From Adineta vaga (lineage: Eukaryota > Animalia > Rotifera), in NCBI GenBank assembly GCA_021613535.1, contig CP075496.1:12152001-12216000 (forward strand): a DNA stretch of 64,000 nucleotides, written 5' to 3'. A program made the translations under genes and the position numbers. Below the pieces are notes generated by a model, which worked only from the letters and a program-made list of their open reading frames with translations, was not told the DNA's origin and did no database searches. Shown here in pieces: positions 45,040 to 59,631 of this stretch (positions within the stretch are counted from its first letter, which is position 1; every line of letters begins with the position of its first letter).

Positions 45040-47748
45040 GAGATAGGTAACCTACGAGTTAATACTAGAAAAATAAAATAAATAAAATCAAACAAAATTC
45101 TATTGAATTAGTTACTCAAGATGAGAATATTGTCTTTTTGGGTCGTCTACACAGATACAATCGTTTGACGACAACGATGCCGCTATGCGAACTTCGCTAG
45201 AAAAGATAATAGGAGTTGTGTATCGCAAGGATGTTTTTTCCTTCTCGTTGGCTTTCCCTTTCTCTCTTTCTCTCTGTCTCTCTTGCGCTCTTATTTCCTT
45301 TAGTGTACACTCGTCTGACAGAACAATGATAAACAAACTCGTCGTATTCGTAATTGTTTTGAGACATTTGTCCTGTGCTTCGTCGCAGAAGAGCACCAGG
45401 GATCCTTAAGTATCTGTACATAATCAAAGAGTATACCACGCTCAAAGGAAAGAAACAAAAAAGCAAAAAGGAAAGAACGCGATGTCGATGGGAAATCAGA
45501 AATACCTATTCTTGCTCTTTTCTTCTTTTTCTTGTTCTCTTTTTGTTGTTATGTCGATAAGGATAGCTGTGTTTATATGTATAGTACAAGAAAGAGGATG
45601 AATATTCTCGTTTCATTCTACTATGCCTAAAAACATAGGAAATATAAAAAAAGAAGGTTATTTGTCGCTCCATAAACATACTTGGATCTACAGCAAAAGG
45701 AAGAAGAAAGGAAGAAAGAAAGGAAATATTCCTTATCCATCAACCACAAAAAAGAAGCGCATCTTTCTATATGGTAGATAAAGATCGATACCAGCAGTAC
45801 ACAACGACCACGCTTTATAATATGTATATATATTGGAAAGAAACAGTGATGCATTTTTCTGCTGTACTAACAGGAAAAAGGTTTCTGTCTGTATTTGACG
45901 TCACAACTCCGTATCCATCAAGGTCCGCATTGACTCAAAGCGTTTGACATCAGTTCGATATAGACACAACCGAGGTCTTTATATAATCATAGGATAATCT
46001 GTAAAAATATAAAATAAATAAAACTATATTTGTATATGTCGAATATTGAATTATTATTGATAGCAAATCGAAAATCTAATGCATATGTACATCATGTAGA
46101 TTATATGAATATTTTCAAGTCATACTCGATATCAATCAATAGTTTTGTTCGATCTTTTTTCTCTCTATTGATGTTATGTAAATGATTAAAATTGATAGAC
46201 AACCTTTCTCATAATTGACCAGATGCTTATTTCAAATAAGGGAAGTTTTTACACAATTATCTATCTAAACTATATTTATATAATAACTATTGCTTGTTCA
46301 TCTATAACAATTCATCACTATGCGCAATGATAATACAAACTATTCAGACATTTCACCGCATGATTAAGTCAATCGATGACATATATTATACACATTTGTA
46401 TGATTTACATCACCAACCGTTCATCATCTTTGGTCAGCAACTGAACAGAATATTCATTGAAGAGTATATTCACAAATTGCATTTCGTATTCTAATAGTTT
46501 ATATGTATATATTGTCGTTGGCAGATGAAAAAATACTTCGAATTCTGTGATTTTGTTTGTTATTTCTCTTATGAATGATAAAACTATTGATAATAACTTA
46601 ACTTTTCTTCTAATAGGTCTATAGTTCATGACAATACATTATTGAATTATCTACTTAGAATTGAAGAAGAGATTCTTGAGTAAAGATATCCTTCGAATTC
46701 TATTGTATTTATATGAAGATATAACGAAGGCAAACACTGTGCTCTACGAAGATGTTCTTGATCAATATTCGACAATAAACAACATGGTGCTTCAAGCATG
46801 TTTTCAAACAATTATTTATGTGTTGTTATTGTTATTTTACGTTATAGAAAATTATATTGTAAGATTTCTTTTCAGATATTACTCCGTTATGTATTATTGG
46901 ACTATAGACATGCAAATGTCGATAGCATTGTATTTGTCTGGTTGCTTGATGATAAATAAATAATTGGTTTTGAGATATTTGTGGACGTATAGTCTATATT
47001 AGAAATCGATAAAACGTTAGGTCATGATGATCAGAAATGTTTGAGAATACACGTTTGACTTAGATTGATTAACTATATCAGTATACGTAGCTCTCGATTC
47101 TTAAGTCAGGTGATTTTGAATAAATTACTCGCGAATATACAAAATTTAATTAAATATCCATCTGAAGATTTACTAACGATTGATTATTTTCAAAGTTTAG
47201 TATCAATTAAATCGAACTGATAATCAATCATTACAATACTTTCAATCTTATTTCTTCGACTAACAGTTTGTTCAGTATTTGTGCTCTGCATTGGATAATA
47301 ACAGACTTATTATTCTGAATTCATATCTCTATTAGTTTCCCTTTAAATTCTGTGCATATTTTGTTTTACAAAAGAAGTGTTTTTGCATTCATAGACATGA
47401 AGAAAATTTGTTACAAAAGCAATCCACTCTATAATTTTTTTATCGTCAATATGTCTAAATAAAATGGCAGAAAGAAAAGGTGTCCGATGAGTCAGTTTAC
47501 TCAAAAATAGAAAGAAAAAATAAATAGAAAAAAAAACACCAGCATTTGTTGCCATGTGCTTTTTCCCGCGTTCTTTTTCTTCATGTCTCAGTTTCTAATG
47601 TTGTCGCTCTTCTCGTGTGCGCATTTGTCATGTTGAAAAAAACCCAGTAGGGTTTATTCTCGCTCGTTATAACAGACGATCTTAAGTTTATCTATCTATA
47701 GTCTGAATAAAGTTTCTTTTCAAATATTAAGGCTCGATATTTTTGATC

Positions 47749-50700
47749 ATGTCTGATACTGGTGGTGGCCGTGGTACAGTAATCAAAAAAGGAAGTGTGA
47801 TACGAGCACGTCACGCTAGAGGAACATTTAATCCATCGGCAACATCAGTTTTACCTGATCCTATACCTACAATTGTTAATTTAAATGATGCTGTTGTTCA
47901 ACAACGTCCTAGCAATCGGCAAAATTCTGGCATTGCTAGGTAACGATACATTGTATCAAATTGTGACAAAAATTTCTATTTACTGTTTATTCTTATTTCT
48001 AAAAGGCATGGAGATAGAGGTCGTAGTCATAGAGGTCAAGGTGCCGACACTAGAGGTTTTGGAAGACGAACGTATTCAACTGATCATAATCGACATTCAA
48101 GTGTAAATAATAGCAATAACAATACTTATAGACGTCCATCGTTTCGACTTGATTCTGCAACGAGTACTTCGACAACTGAGACAACGTTTGTATTATTAAT
48201 CAATTAACAAGAATCCTCTGTTTTCTTTTTCAAATATGCTTTAGATTGAACAAAGCATCCCCTCTTCCACGTGTAACCTATTCTATGATGAAGAATCTAC
48301 TTGATGAACAACCTGATGATATTCTAACTGGAATGCTAGATCCTAAATTTCAATTGAAAGCATTACTTAAAGATCGTAACATGAAATCGAATTATGAATG
48401 GATATTAGCAATGACAACTTTACTTGAAAAGATTACGACTTGTAATGGAGCACGCGACCGTATAGCATTGATTTTAGAAAAAATACCTCAAACATCATAT
48501 ACTGAGGGTGTATATGAAGCAGTTCGTATACCTGATGTTATCACAGATCAATTACGTTTCGACTTCATTCAGTCATTTCTCAAAGTTTCCAATACGTTTC
48601 TTTCTATAATACCACATTTAGCAGATGATTTAACTAGAATATTCGAACGAATCGAATTGACATTTACTAAGATCAAAACACCATCGCCAGTAAGATATCG
48701 TGATTTATGATATTTTTTCTAGTTGATTTTTTTTTGTTTTCTTCAGGGATTGGAAGAGTCGAAAATTATATTAGAAGAAGTTGTTGAACGAGTTAATGAT
48801 CTTGAGTATCGAAAACGTGAAAAGGAACGATTGTTAAAAGAAAAAAGTACAACAACAACAACAAACCAACCTATTACATCTGATCTTGGTCCACCACCAA
48901 ATGATTATCGTCTTTTACCTATTATTCCGAATGTAATGGAAATTCTATCTGAAAAAGGAGCATATCTTCGACCAAATATTGTTGATGGTGTCTACGAAGA
49001 TGCTCAACAATATTTAGATGTAAATATTCATTCATTTGTTTTATATTCGTATTTCATAATTCTATTACATTTTTCATCATCTGTTCTAGATTCACTTTCG
49101 TCTACTTCGTGAAGATTTCGTTGGTCCATTACGCGATGGAATCGAACAATATCAATCGGGTGCTGGTGGAAAAAATTTTAATGTACGTATTTATGAAAAT
49201 GTTCGTTCATTAGGGCCACGATTAAGTCCACGCAATGGTATCGTTTATGATTTATATTTGGATTTTAATTTGATTAAAAAAATCACATGGACTAATAGTC
49301 GACGATTGATATTTGGTAATTTATTAGTATTAACTTTCGATGGTTTTCAAACATGTGCATTCGTCACTGTCGAAGATCGATCACATATCGAGAAAGATGG
49401 TATTATTTCGGTAAATTTCTTTTCTTTTAATTGTTTATTCAAAATCATTGTCTATTTAATTAGGTTAAAAAATTAGAAAAATTAAATAATTCTGAACAAA
49501 TTCAAGTTGATTTAGATGAAATTCATTCTTCTTATTCATTGACAATGGTTGAAACAATGACATATTTTGAAGCATATCGTCCAGTTCTGAATGCTTTACA
49601 ATTAATTGATATTGAACAACCATTTCCTCTTGAACCATTTCTTCTTAAATTAACAAATGAAAAAATTTCACCTGATTATGTAACAGCAACAACAACGTAT
49701 GATTTTACTCCTCTTCTTGTTGATCCAAAATCCGAAGTAAAAGCAAGTGTAATTTCTCATGAAATAGCTCCACAACGACGTGGTCCTAATCGAATACCAC
49801 TTCGACTAACTACTGTTAAAGAATTTCGAATTCGTTATCAACAAGCAAATCGAATTCCAACTAAACATAAATCTGTTTCATTACTTGATACAGATCAATG
49901 GCCGACAAGTGATGAATTACATCTTAATCCAAAACAACGAGAAGCACTCATTTTAGCTTTAACAAATAAAGTTGCACTTATTCAAGGACGTAAGTTAATC
50001 TTCAATTGATTAAATAAAATGATTTTATCTGCCGATTTATTTAGCACCTGGGACTGGTAAAACATATCTTGGTGTGCGAATAACTGAAATGCTTTTACAT
50101 AATCGATCTGTTTGGTGTCCACCGGATGAACAATCGACACCGATTTTAATGATATGTCATACAAATCATGCACTTGATCAATTTTTGGAACTAATTATCA
50201 AACGTTTAAATATAAATGAAGGTTAATATCAATGCATTTTTTTTAAATATCGTATTCAATACATAAAATATTATTTCATAGGTATTATCCGTGTTGGTAA
50301 TCGTTGTCAAAATTCAACTATTCAACCATTTTCATTATTGAATGCTCGCCGTTCTGCTCGTCAGAATCGTTCTATACCTGGTCACATCTATCATCAAAAA
50401 CATGTTATCTTAGATCAAAAATCTGAAGCTGAAGAAGCATTGAAAATACATGAACATAGAATGGAATATTCTCGAAAAAATATAATACTATTATCAGCAC
50501 TTATTCAGAGTTACATCATTGATGACAAACACCTTTCATCTCTATTAGCTCCTTATAGTGGAATTATTACAGAAACAGCATTGTCCGATTGGCTTGGTTT
50601 GGGTGATGGTTATGAAGAAATGTCCAATTTCATCGATCTGGATACATCAATGACTGAAATGAATTTAAATGATAGTATGGAAGAAGAACAAACAAAAGAT

Positions 50701-53700
50701 AATGATGAAACAACACAAACAACAGATCAAGAGAATAAAACCGAGGAAAATGACGAACAAAAGGACACAGTCGATGATAAAACTCAAGAAAAAGTGAAAG
50801 TAGAAATGAATGAAGAGGAAGAAGAAGAACAACGTCGACGTGATGAACTTGAGAATGAAGAAGAAGAAGAAGAAGAAGAATTTATTCGTACCGTTGTTTC
50901 AAAACCACAAAAAACTGTATCAAAATCAAAGAAAAAAACATCAACAAGGAATGATGACAACGATGAAGAAGAAAAATGGCAAGTTGTGAAAAAGAAATCG
51001 TTCAATCGTCGTCGATTAATTCAACATATTGTTCAACATCCAACGACATTAAATGATCAAACTATTGAACTGATCAACACGAATCTTTGGGAACTTACAT
51101 TTGCTCAACGTCACGATTTATATCGTTATTGGTTGTATAAATATCAATATTACTTAAATGACTCCGTTCGTGGTGCTCGACATGAATATAATCAAGCAGC
51201 CAGTGCTCTTGCAGTATATCATCAAGAAGAAGATTATTATATTTTAAAAGATAGTATTATTGTTGCAATGACAACAACATGTGCTGCCAAATATCATTCG
51301 GTTTTAGAAAAACTTCGTAAGCAACAACAAATTATTTATTTCCGAAACCTTTTAATGAATATGTATTTTTAGAAAATAAAATTGTTATTGTCGAAGAAGC
51401 AGCAGCCATATTTGAATCACATATTATTACAGCATTGAGTACAAAATGTGAACATCTAATTTTAATCGGTGATCATGTTCAATTAAGACCGAATCCAAGT
51501 GTATATCGTTTGGCAAAAAATTATAATATTGATATATCGTTATTTGAACGTTTAGCTAAGAATAATTTTCCAAATGTTCGATTAAATATTCAGGTAATTC
51601 ATCTATTTGATTTCTAGATTTCGTTATGTCGTTTTCCTTTATGAAATTTAGCATCGTATGCGTCCAGAAATTGCTCGTATTATGAAACATTTCTACGAAG
51701 ATTTAGCAGATCATGAAAGTGTTCGTACTGAACGAGCACCAGTTCGTGGTATTGATAATAATGTTTATTTTATCAATCATTCGAATGTTGAAACAACAGT
51801 CGTAGATGGAAGTTCGAAACGAAATGAATTTGAAGCAAAATATGTCATTGCATTAGCTCAATATTTGATTAAACAAGGTTATCGCGGAGAACAAATAACG
51901 ATTCTTGTGATGTATCTTGGTCAACGACAGTTAATTGCTAAACAATCGAAAAATATCAAACTTTTAGGTGGTGTTCGTATTATGGTAGTATCAATTGAAA
52001 TGTTAATGATTGAATGAAATAACAGTGTTTGTTTTCTATTTCTAGGTAACAGATAATTATCAAGGTGAAGAAAATGATATTATTATTTTGTCATTAGTAC
52101 GAAGTAATAAAGAGAAAAATATTGGTTTTCTTAAAACACATAATCGTATATGTGTGGCTTTGTCACGTGCACGTTGCGGATTATTTGTTATTGGAAATAT
52201 GACTATGTTAGCCGAAGTTGATGATATGTGGAAGAAAATTTGTAAATCATTAAGTGATAGTAATGAAATTGGCAAAGGTTAGTTTATTCGATTATATGGA
52301 TCTTTTTAAAGATGAATTTTGATCATTAGGTTTATGTCTTTCATGTCGTCGACATTCGAAAGAGAAATTCATTGCTGATAAAGCTGAATCATTTTCTCAA
52401 CGTCCAGAAGGTGGTTGTAATAAACCCTGTGATGTTCGATTAAAATGTGGACATCAATGTCAATTAATGTGTCATAATTATGATTTCGAGTAAATTTTAT
52501 ATGAAAAATAACAAAAAGATATCATTGTTTTTTCTTGTAGACATAGAGAAATTGTTTGTCGGAAAAAATGTGAGGAAATTCTATCATGTACTCATGCATG
52601 TACAAAACGATGTCATGCTACTAATCCAAATCAACATGATCCTTGTCGAGTTCTCGTCGATAAAACAATTGCACAATGCGGACATACAATACGTTTTCAA
52701 TGCGCTCGTATACCAACAATTGATGATTGTAGTCAACCAATTTTAAAACGTCTTCCTTGTGATCATGCTGTTAATGTTCCATGTCGTATTGTTTCTTCAC
52801 CATCAGAATTAAAACGATTTCCTTGTCCAACAGCTTGTGGTACTACGCTTGCTTGTAAACATCGATGTGCAGGAACTTGTGGACGATGTAGAACTGGTCA
52901 ACTACACGTTCCTTGTCAACAAAAATGTGAACGTCCACTGATCTGTTCACATGTAAGTATAATTTCAAATAGAAATTTAGATGCAAGTATGTAATTTGTC
53001 TTTTATTTAGGTTTGTAAATCACCGTGTGCGGTGAATTGTCCACCTTGTGTACAAGCATGTGAAACACGTTGTATTCATTCTCGATGTGAAAAGAAATGT
53101 GGTGACTTATGTACACCATGCAAGGAGGTTTGTCTATTCAAATTTCACAGTTTTTCTTGACAAGTTTTTGTCATAACTTGACAGAGATTCTGACGTACAA
53201 GCTGTTTATTGTTGAGATATTTTCATAATTTCCCAAAATTACAAAAATTTCGTCCTCCCATTTTCACAGAAATATCATCTACGAAATAACTTTCGAATAA
53301 ACATAAATCTTTTTCTGTCGTTCGTAGAAATCAAAATTCATTTCATTCTTATTTTGTTTTCATATTCTAGCCGTGTGCTTACAAATGCAAACATTTACAA
53401 TGTACTCGTTTATGTTCGGAACCATGTAATCGTGGTCCCTGTAATGAACCATGTGATAAAAAATTAAAATGTGGTCATGATTGTAAGAAGAAAAATTTCA
53501 TGATATCAAATCACATTTTTCAATTTAGGTATCGGTATTTGTGGTGAACCTTGCCCTGCACAATGTCGTATTTGTAATAAACTTGTTGTCCAAGAAATAT
53601 TCTTTGGCACAGAAGATGAACCTGATGCACGTTTTGTTTTCTTACCTGATTGCAAACATTTAAGTACGATGATCATATTTTCATTCTGGAAAATCTTTTG

Positions 53701-54845
53701 TTTTCTTTTATTTATTAGTCGAAGTAACAGGATTAGATCAATTCGTTGAACAAACAATCAATAATAAAATTAAAAATGTTGCTATTCGTTTTCCTGAATG
53801 TCCTCGTTGTAAACAACAAATTCGTCGTTGCACAAGATATATGCCGATTATTAATCATGTTAATAAATTAATCGCTCAAGTAAAAAAGAAAATCTTAGGT
53901 ATTCATTCCGAACAAGAATTAAATGAACGACGAAAACGTATCGTAAAAGACTTCGAACAAGTTCAAAACAAATTAAATGAAATTGATCTTGGGCAAATGC
54001 AAATGTTTTTTGAAACATTAAATGATGCAGATAGTCTTGTTTCAGATGATATTTTATCATTGATGCAGAATATTATTCTATTTCTTCAAGAAATCAATAC
54101 ACTTTTAAGTGATGGACGAAAAAAATTACAAAATGATACATTCGAAGATTTTGTAAGTATTTGTCGATAGAAACTTCTTTAATAATTTCTTTTACTTTCA
54201 CACAGGTCAATGCTCCATTGAACCATATTGTGAAATACTTATTTGCACATCGTCAATCTCGAAATTTTGCTGAACAACAAATCTATGATGTTCAAAATGA
54301 ATTAGCACGTATTCGTCGTTTAATTTACATCGAAGCTGTTGTTCAATCATTGAAAGGACAAATCGCAGCACGTACTTTAAAAGCAGAAGAAAAAGAAGGC
54401 CTCGATGCTATGCAATATCTTATAAAGAAAAAAGGTCCATTTACTGAACGTAACCAACAAGAATTCGATAAACTTGTAAAAAAATTTCAACATCTAAATA
54501 ATCTACCTGGTTTGAGTATAACTGAAATAGAGCGTGTAGCTATTGTTGGTGCATTAAATTTAACTCAAGGTCATTGGTATGTTTGTCCAAATGGGCATCC
54601 ATATGTAATTACTGAAGTAGGTTTCCATGGAATAATATTGATTTGATGAAAAGAATTCTTCTTTAATTTAGTGTGGAGGTGCTAATCAAGAAAGTAAGTG
54701 TCCCGAATGTGGAGAAAAAATCGGTGGTCAAAATCATCGATTAGAACCAAGAAATCGTCATTTTGGTTTAATGGATGGCTCGCAACATGCTGCTTGGTCC
54801 GATGAAGCAAATGTAAACATTGCTCTTGCTCAAAATCTAATATAG
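47749..54845 (+). CDS. ZNFX1: NFX1-type zinc finger-containing protein 1 (SF1 UPF1-like helicase, NFX1 fingers, C-terminal RZ finger)
   Basis: YLD|[27 protein letters not shown], Walker A QGPPGTGKT across an intron, [78 protein letters not shown], Cys/His-rich repeats, and [19 protein letters not shown]...[10 protein letters not shown]. Confidence 0.96.
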
Positions 54846-55287
54846 AATCTAATTTTTTTTTCTAACTTTTATACTGTTAAATTTCTCTTTACTCACCTGT
54901 AGCTTTATTAAACAAGGAATCAAGCCTAGAGAAGATTATTCCATAATCATAATCAGTCTATTTTTAAGTACATTTGTTTTTTTTTACGAGAAAATCTAAT
55001 ACAGTCGACAGCTATTTTTTGAAATATGTCTCTCATGAATCACCAAATAATAATACACATTCAACTGATTCCATACGATTTAAAGTCATTTTCTTGAACA
55101 AAATTTGAATATATCTTGGTTTTATTTTCATTTATTTTATAAAGAAAATAAACTATGTTCACACTGTAAAAAAGAAAGAAAGCGAACAACACTTGACTAT
55201 GAACAAAAGATTAGTTATTTGTCTTTCTTATCTACGGTACAAGAAAAAATAATAATATCTCAGATAAATATACATACGAATTCAAAA

Positions 55288-56718
55288 TTATCTTTCATTA
55301 GGTAAAGATAAATGTTTACCTGTTTGTGTATAGATAAGTTTTTGAATTCGTTCAAAACATGTATTATCACGAAACCAAGTATAACGAAATAATTGAGTCA
55401 TATCCAATCGAGCAAATGTATTCTTTTCTAAGGTTTTCATTAAAATTTCTTTTAAATCTCGTTTCGAATGTGATAATGAAGTCAATGCACGAATACCTCG
55501 CAAACGAAATGTAGTATCACCCACATAAGCATTGAGTAAAGTCATACCGAATGACCAAACCTAGCAGAAAACAAAATACAATCTTATCTCTACTATTCTC
55601 TTTATTGAATAAGTCTCATCTTACATCAGCATTTGTTGAATGTCCTGTTTGTAATAGTACTTCTGGCGCCATGAACTGTTGTGTACCGGCAATGGTTGTA
55701 TTTAAATATCTCGATGATGCATAGATATATTTTGCCACACCAAAATCACTTAATTTTGCAATTGTTTCTTTTTCATTTGACATCAGAAGAAGATTTGCTG
55801 GTTTGATATCTCGATGAACCTAAGAATGAGTGAAATCGTTCAACAAAAGTTTCATCTTTATCTTCAATTTACTATTTTAAGTCGATGTAGATAAGCTAAT
55901 GCACAGGCAATTTGATAAAAAATAAATTTACATTCATCTTCCATCATTGAATATGTCTGCTGTATTCGATCAAATAATGAACCGCCACCAGCAAATTCCA
56001 TTTCCACAAACAGATTAGATTTTTCATGAAAAACATCGAAACGTCGAAGTATACATGGATGATCAACACTACCATGAATTGATCTTAAAAATGAAATCAT
56101 TTCATAATCAAACAAGAAAATATACAGTCATTTACACTTCTCGATAGAGATATTTGGAAAATCCCGAACCAATCTGTCTTTCACATTGATCTTTATTAAT
56201 GATTTTAATAGCACGACGAACTTGTGTTACAGATGAAATCGCTTTATAGACATTAGCAAATGAACCTGAGCCAAGTAGATTGCCTTTCAAGTATCGTTCA
56301 TCAAGATGAATTACATTGAATAAACCAGACAAACGAATAAATCGATAAGCATGATTTTCTTTCAAAGCAAGTGATCTAAAGAGATATGTACGTATAAATA
56401 AACTATACTTTCAACTTACATTATATGTTCATGATTTTCTAAAGAGATTTTTGATTGATGAATAAGTTCACCATCGATATAACAACCATTTCTACTAATA
56501 TCATGAAAAATTATTGTTCGACCATTATTAATACATTCGATCATGAAATGTTTGGAACTTAAATGAATAAAATATTCATGTTGTCGAAGTTCAATCGAAT
56601 CAAAAACAATATCACAATCATATGGATGTCGACCAATTGTATATGAAGATTTGGTTAGAATTTGACGAGGATAAAGTGTATTAATTGGTTCTAAATAACC
56701 CCATGGAAGTGAACTCAT
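55288..56718 (-). CDS. CHK2-like FHA-domain Ser/Thr kinase
   Basis: Five exons. FHA (WGYL, IGRH, SSKHF, DISRNG). Kinase motifs LGSGSFANV, AIKII, HRDIKPANLL, SDFG, GTQQFMAPE, D|VWSFG. Confidence 0.85.
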
Positions 56719-57579
56719 TGAAAAATTCAATTTTTTTTCTCAATACAAATGAAATGAAAAGAATCAACGAATTCAATGACTTAACAGAAAAGAGAAAGAA
56801 AGAAAGAAAGACTGACAATGGGAATGATCGTCCACTGACTGAATGAATGACTGACCAGTGTTGTTGCTAGAAATTGACATAAACATTTGCCAACTTTTGT
56901 CGTTCTCTTCTTCTTCATCTTAACATATACGTGTCAAGTGCGTGATAAATAATTATTTGTATAAACAATACAATGATAAACATATTGGTTTTTAAAGTTG
57001 ATTTTCATTGTAAACTCCATTTACTCATGCACGGAAGTCGAAATTAAATTTATTAGACTAAACATGACTTTTTTCTCTTTGAAATAGTTATAATTTGAAA
57101 AGAAAATTGTTTCATAGTTTCACTATCTATTTCACAGTATTTTCACGCTTCATTTTCCTTATCTGAATAGTCGTCTATCAAAACTCAATTTATCAGTGAA
57201 CAATAAGAGAAAATAATTCAAACGCTAGTTACGTCCTTGTACTAGTATCTCAATCTCTTTTTTCGATGTTTTGAGTTAGATTGTACAGCTTGAAAGATAG
57301 CGTCACAAAAGTATAAAAGGTAAAAAAAGACATGATTATACTCAAAGAACGAAGTATATACTTTACGTTTTTCCTCTGCACTATTCTTTCCATAGAATAA
57401 GTGACGAATGTGCATAGAAAAGAAAATACTGCGTGATTCTCTTATACTTCTAAAAATAATTTGCTTATTTTTCTCACATATAGTTTATATAGGTATGTTT
57501 CATGTTATTGCCAATCATACAGTAATAAAAATAGCGAGTCATCTTGTGCGACATATCATACGATTTTTTGTGTGAAAAA

Positions 57580-59631
57580 ATGCCGTCTCTCTTATACTCA
57601 ACAACATGTTACGTTAAAAATGAACTTTATCATATGTCTATCTATGTTGATGATCCAGAATCAGATCCTACACAAACTCAAACAACAACAACAACAGAAT
57701 CAGCTGATTTCACATCTCCTGAAATTTCCATTGAGAATATCGATCCATCGTTAACACGAATAAAATTTGAATCAATAAATAGAAAAAAGAATATGAATGT
57801 ATCGAAAATAATTATTCTTAATCATTTACTCAACGTTCAACAAACAAAATTTAAAACAAGAAAAATTAAACGAAATTTTAATATTAGTACTGATCAAATA
57901 AATACTTTCGAAACAATATCAATTGCTGAACAATCAAAACAAACGAGTTGTACAACATTGAATAGGTCTACATCCGAAACTAACGTACCGCCTACTTCGA
58001 CCATATTACCTCGATCATTTAGTTTAAGTCGATTATTTTTTGGACAATTGAGTATAGATACCGAAGCTAATCTCGTATATAAATCAACAGTGAAAATAAG
58101 TTATATCGATGTATCAAACTCGATTCGATGGAGTGTAAAAAGATTAGAATTTGAAGTCGAATCAGAAGATGTAGCTAATGAATTATGTGTAAATTTACAA
58201 TTGTGTTTATCAACATTGACACAACGACCATCTCATTTGTTAGCATTTGTTAATCCGGTTGGTGGAAAAGGTAAGTAAATTGTTTATGAAAAGATTGAGA
58301 AGTATATGTGTAAAATCTTTGATTTAGGACGAGCACCAAATGTATTTGAGAAGAAAGTTTTACCGATATTCAAAGAAGCAAATATCATTGTTGATTCAAT
58401 TTGTACAGAACGAGCAAATCATGGACGAGATTATATATTAAATGAAGATTTAAGTGCTTATGATGGTCTCATTTGTGTAGGTGGTGATGGTATGTTTGCT
58501 GAATTGTGTCATGGTCTACTATTACGTACATCGCGCGAAGCAAATTTAAATATTGATGATCGACGAGTGAACATTATTCGACCAGATTTAAAAATAGGAA
58601 TTGTGCCAGCAGGCTCAACAGATGCTGTTGTTTATAGTACTACGGGTTTAAATGATCCAGTGACTAGTGCATTGCAGATTATTGTTGGTGAATCACTTCT
58701 AGTTGACATTGCAACAGTAAGTGAATAGTTTGTTGTTGATGAATTAATCATATGGGTAGTTTTAAGGTACATAACGAGAAAGGATTTGTACGTTTTCTAG
58801 CAACAATGTTAGCCTATGGATTCTTTGGTGATATTATTCATCAGTCAGATAAATGGCGTTTTTTAGGTCCATTAAGATATGATGTATCTGGTTTTTGTCA
58901 ATTCGTTCTTAATAGATCTTATCATACTGAATTAACAATTACATTACCATCTAATGATTCATCACAAATCAGTCAAGAGCAAACGTTGACATCATCTGTT
59001 GCATTGGATTCAACAACACATAACCACAATCAAGGAAATAATTCAACGGAAGTAATTCAAAATTTAATTGCTCCAGCATTAGCATTTTGTCATAAAAATT
59101 GTGTAACATGTGCTTCAATAGATAAAAACAATCCTAATAGAGTTCAATCATCATCACAAATGAAACTACAAGGAAGATATACAACAATTAATTGTCTTAA
59201 TATGCCTTGTCGATGTGCTAAAAGTAAATTTGGAATGTCCCCATTCGTACATTTAGGTACATTGAATTATGATTATTGAAATTCAAGATTGATTGACTAT
59301 TTTAGGTGATGGAACATTTGATTTAATTTTGGTTAAACGTTCTTGGCAAACAGGTTTTCTTCGTTTTCTTTGGCAAGTTGCGAATGATGGTCGATCTATT
59401 GAAGATTTACCTAATGTTGAACGCTATCGTGTTAGTGAAGTTCTTATTCATCCAATGCATACTGATCACATACGTCTTGGTAATTGGGCATGTGATGGAG
59501 AACTTATATCAGGTACTGAAATTCAAATTCGTATACATCGTCAAGCACTCCATCTCTTTGCTTCGGGTATACAATTCGACAATGTCGGAAGAAATAATCC
59601 AATTAGAAAAACTTCAACTAATATTGTTTAA
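57580..59631 (+). CDS. CERK: Ceramide kinase
   Basis: Four exons. FVNPVGGKG, VGGDGMFAE, GIVPAGSTD, YGFFGD, LGPLRYD, CERK-type CLNMPCRC, SPFVHLGDG, WACDGE. Confidence 0.92.

Noticed and set aside
43035-45046. Antisense and alternative-frame ORFs overlapping the 660-aa gene (and similar ones over other genes)
   Set aside because: Shadow ORFs caused by codon bias of the real CDS.
46294-46963. Possible pseudogene or transposon remnant upstream of ZNFX1
   Set aside because: Slightly coding-like, but I could not identify any motif, terminal repeat or homology.
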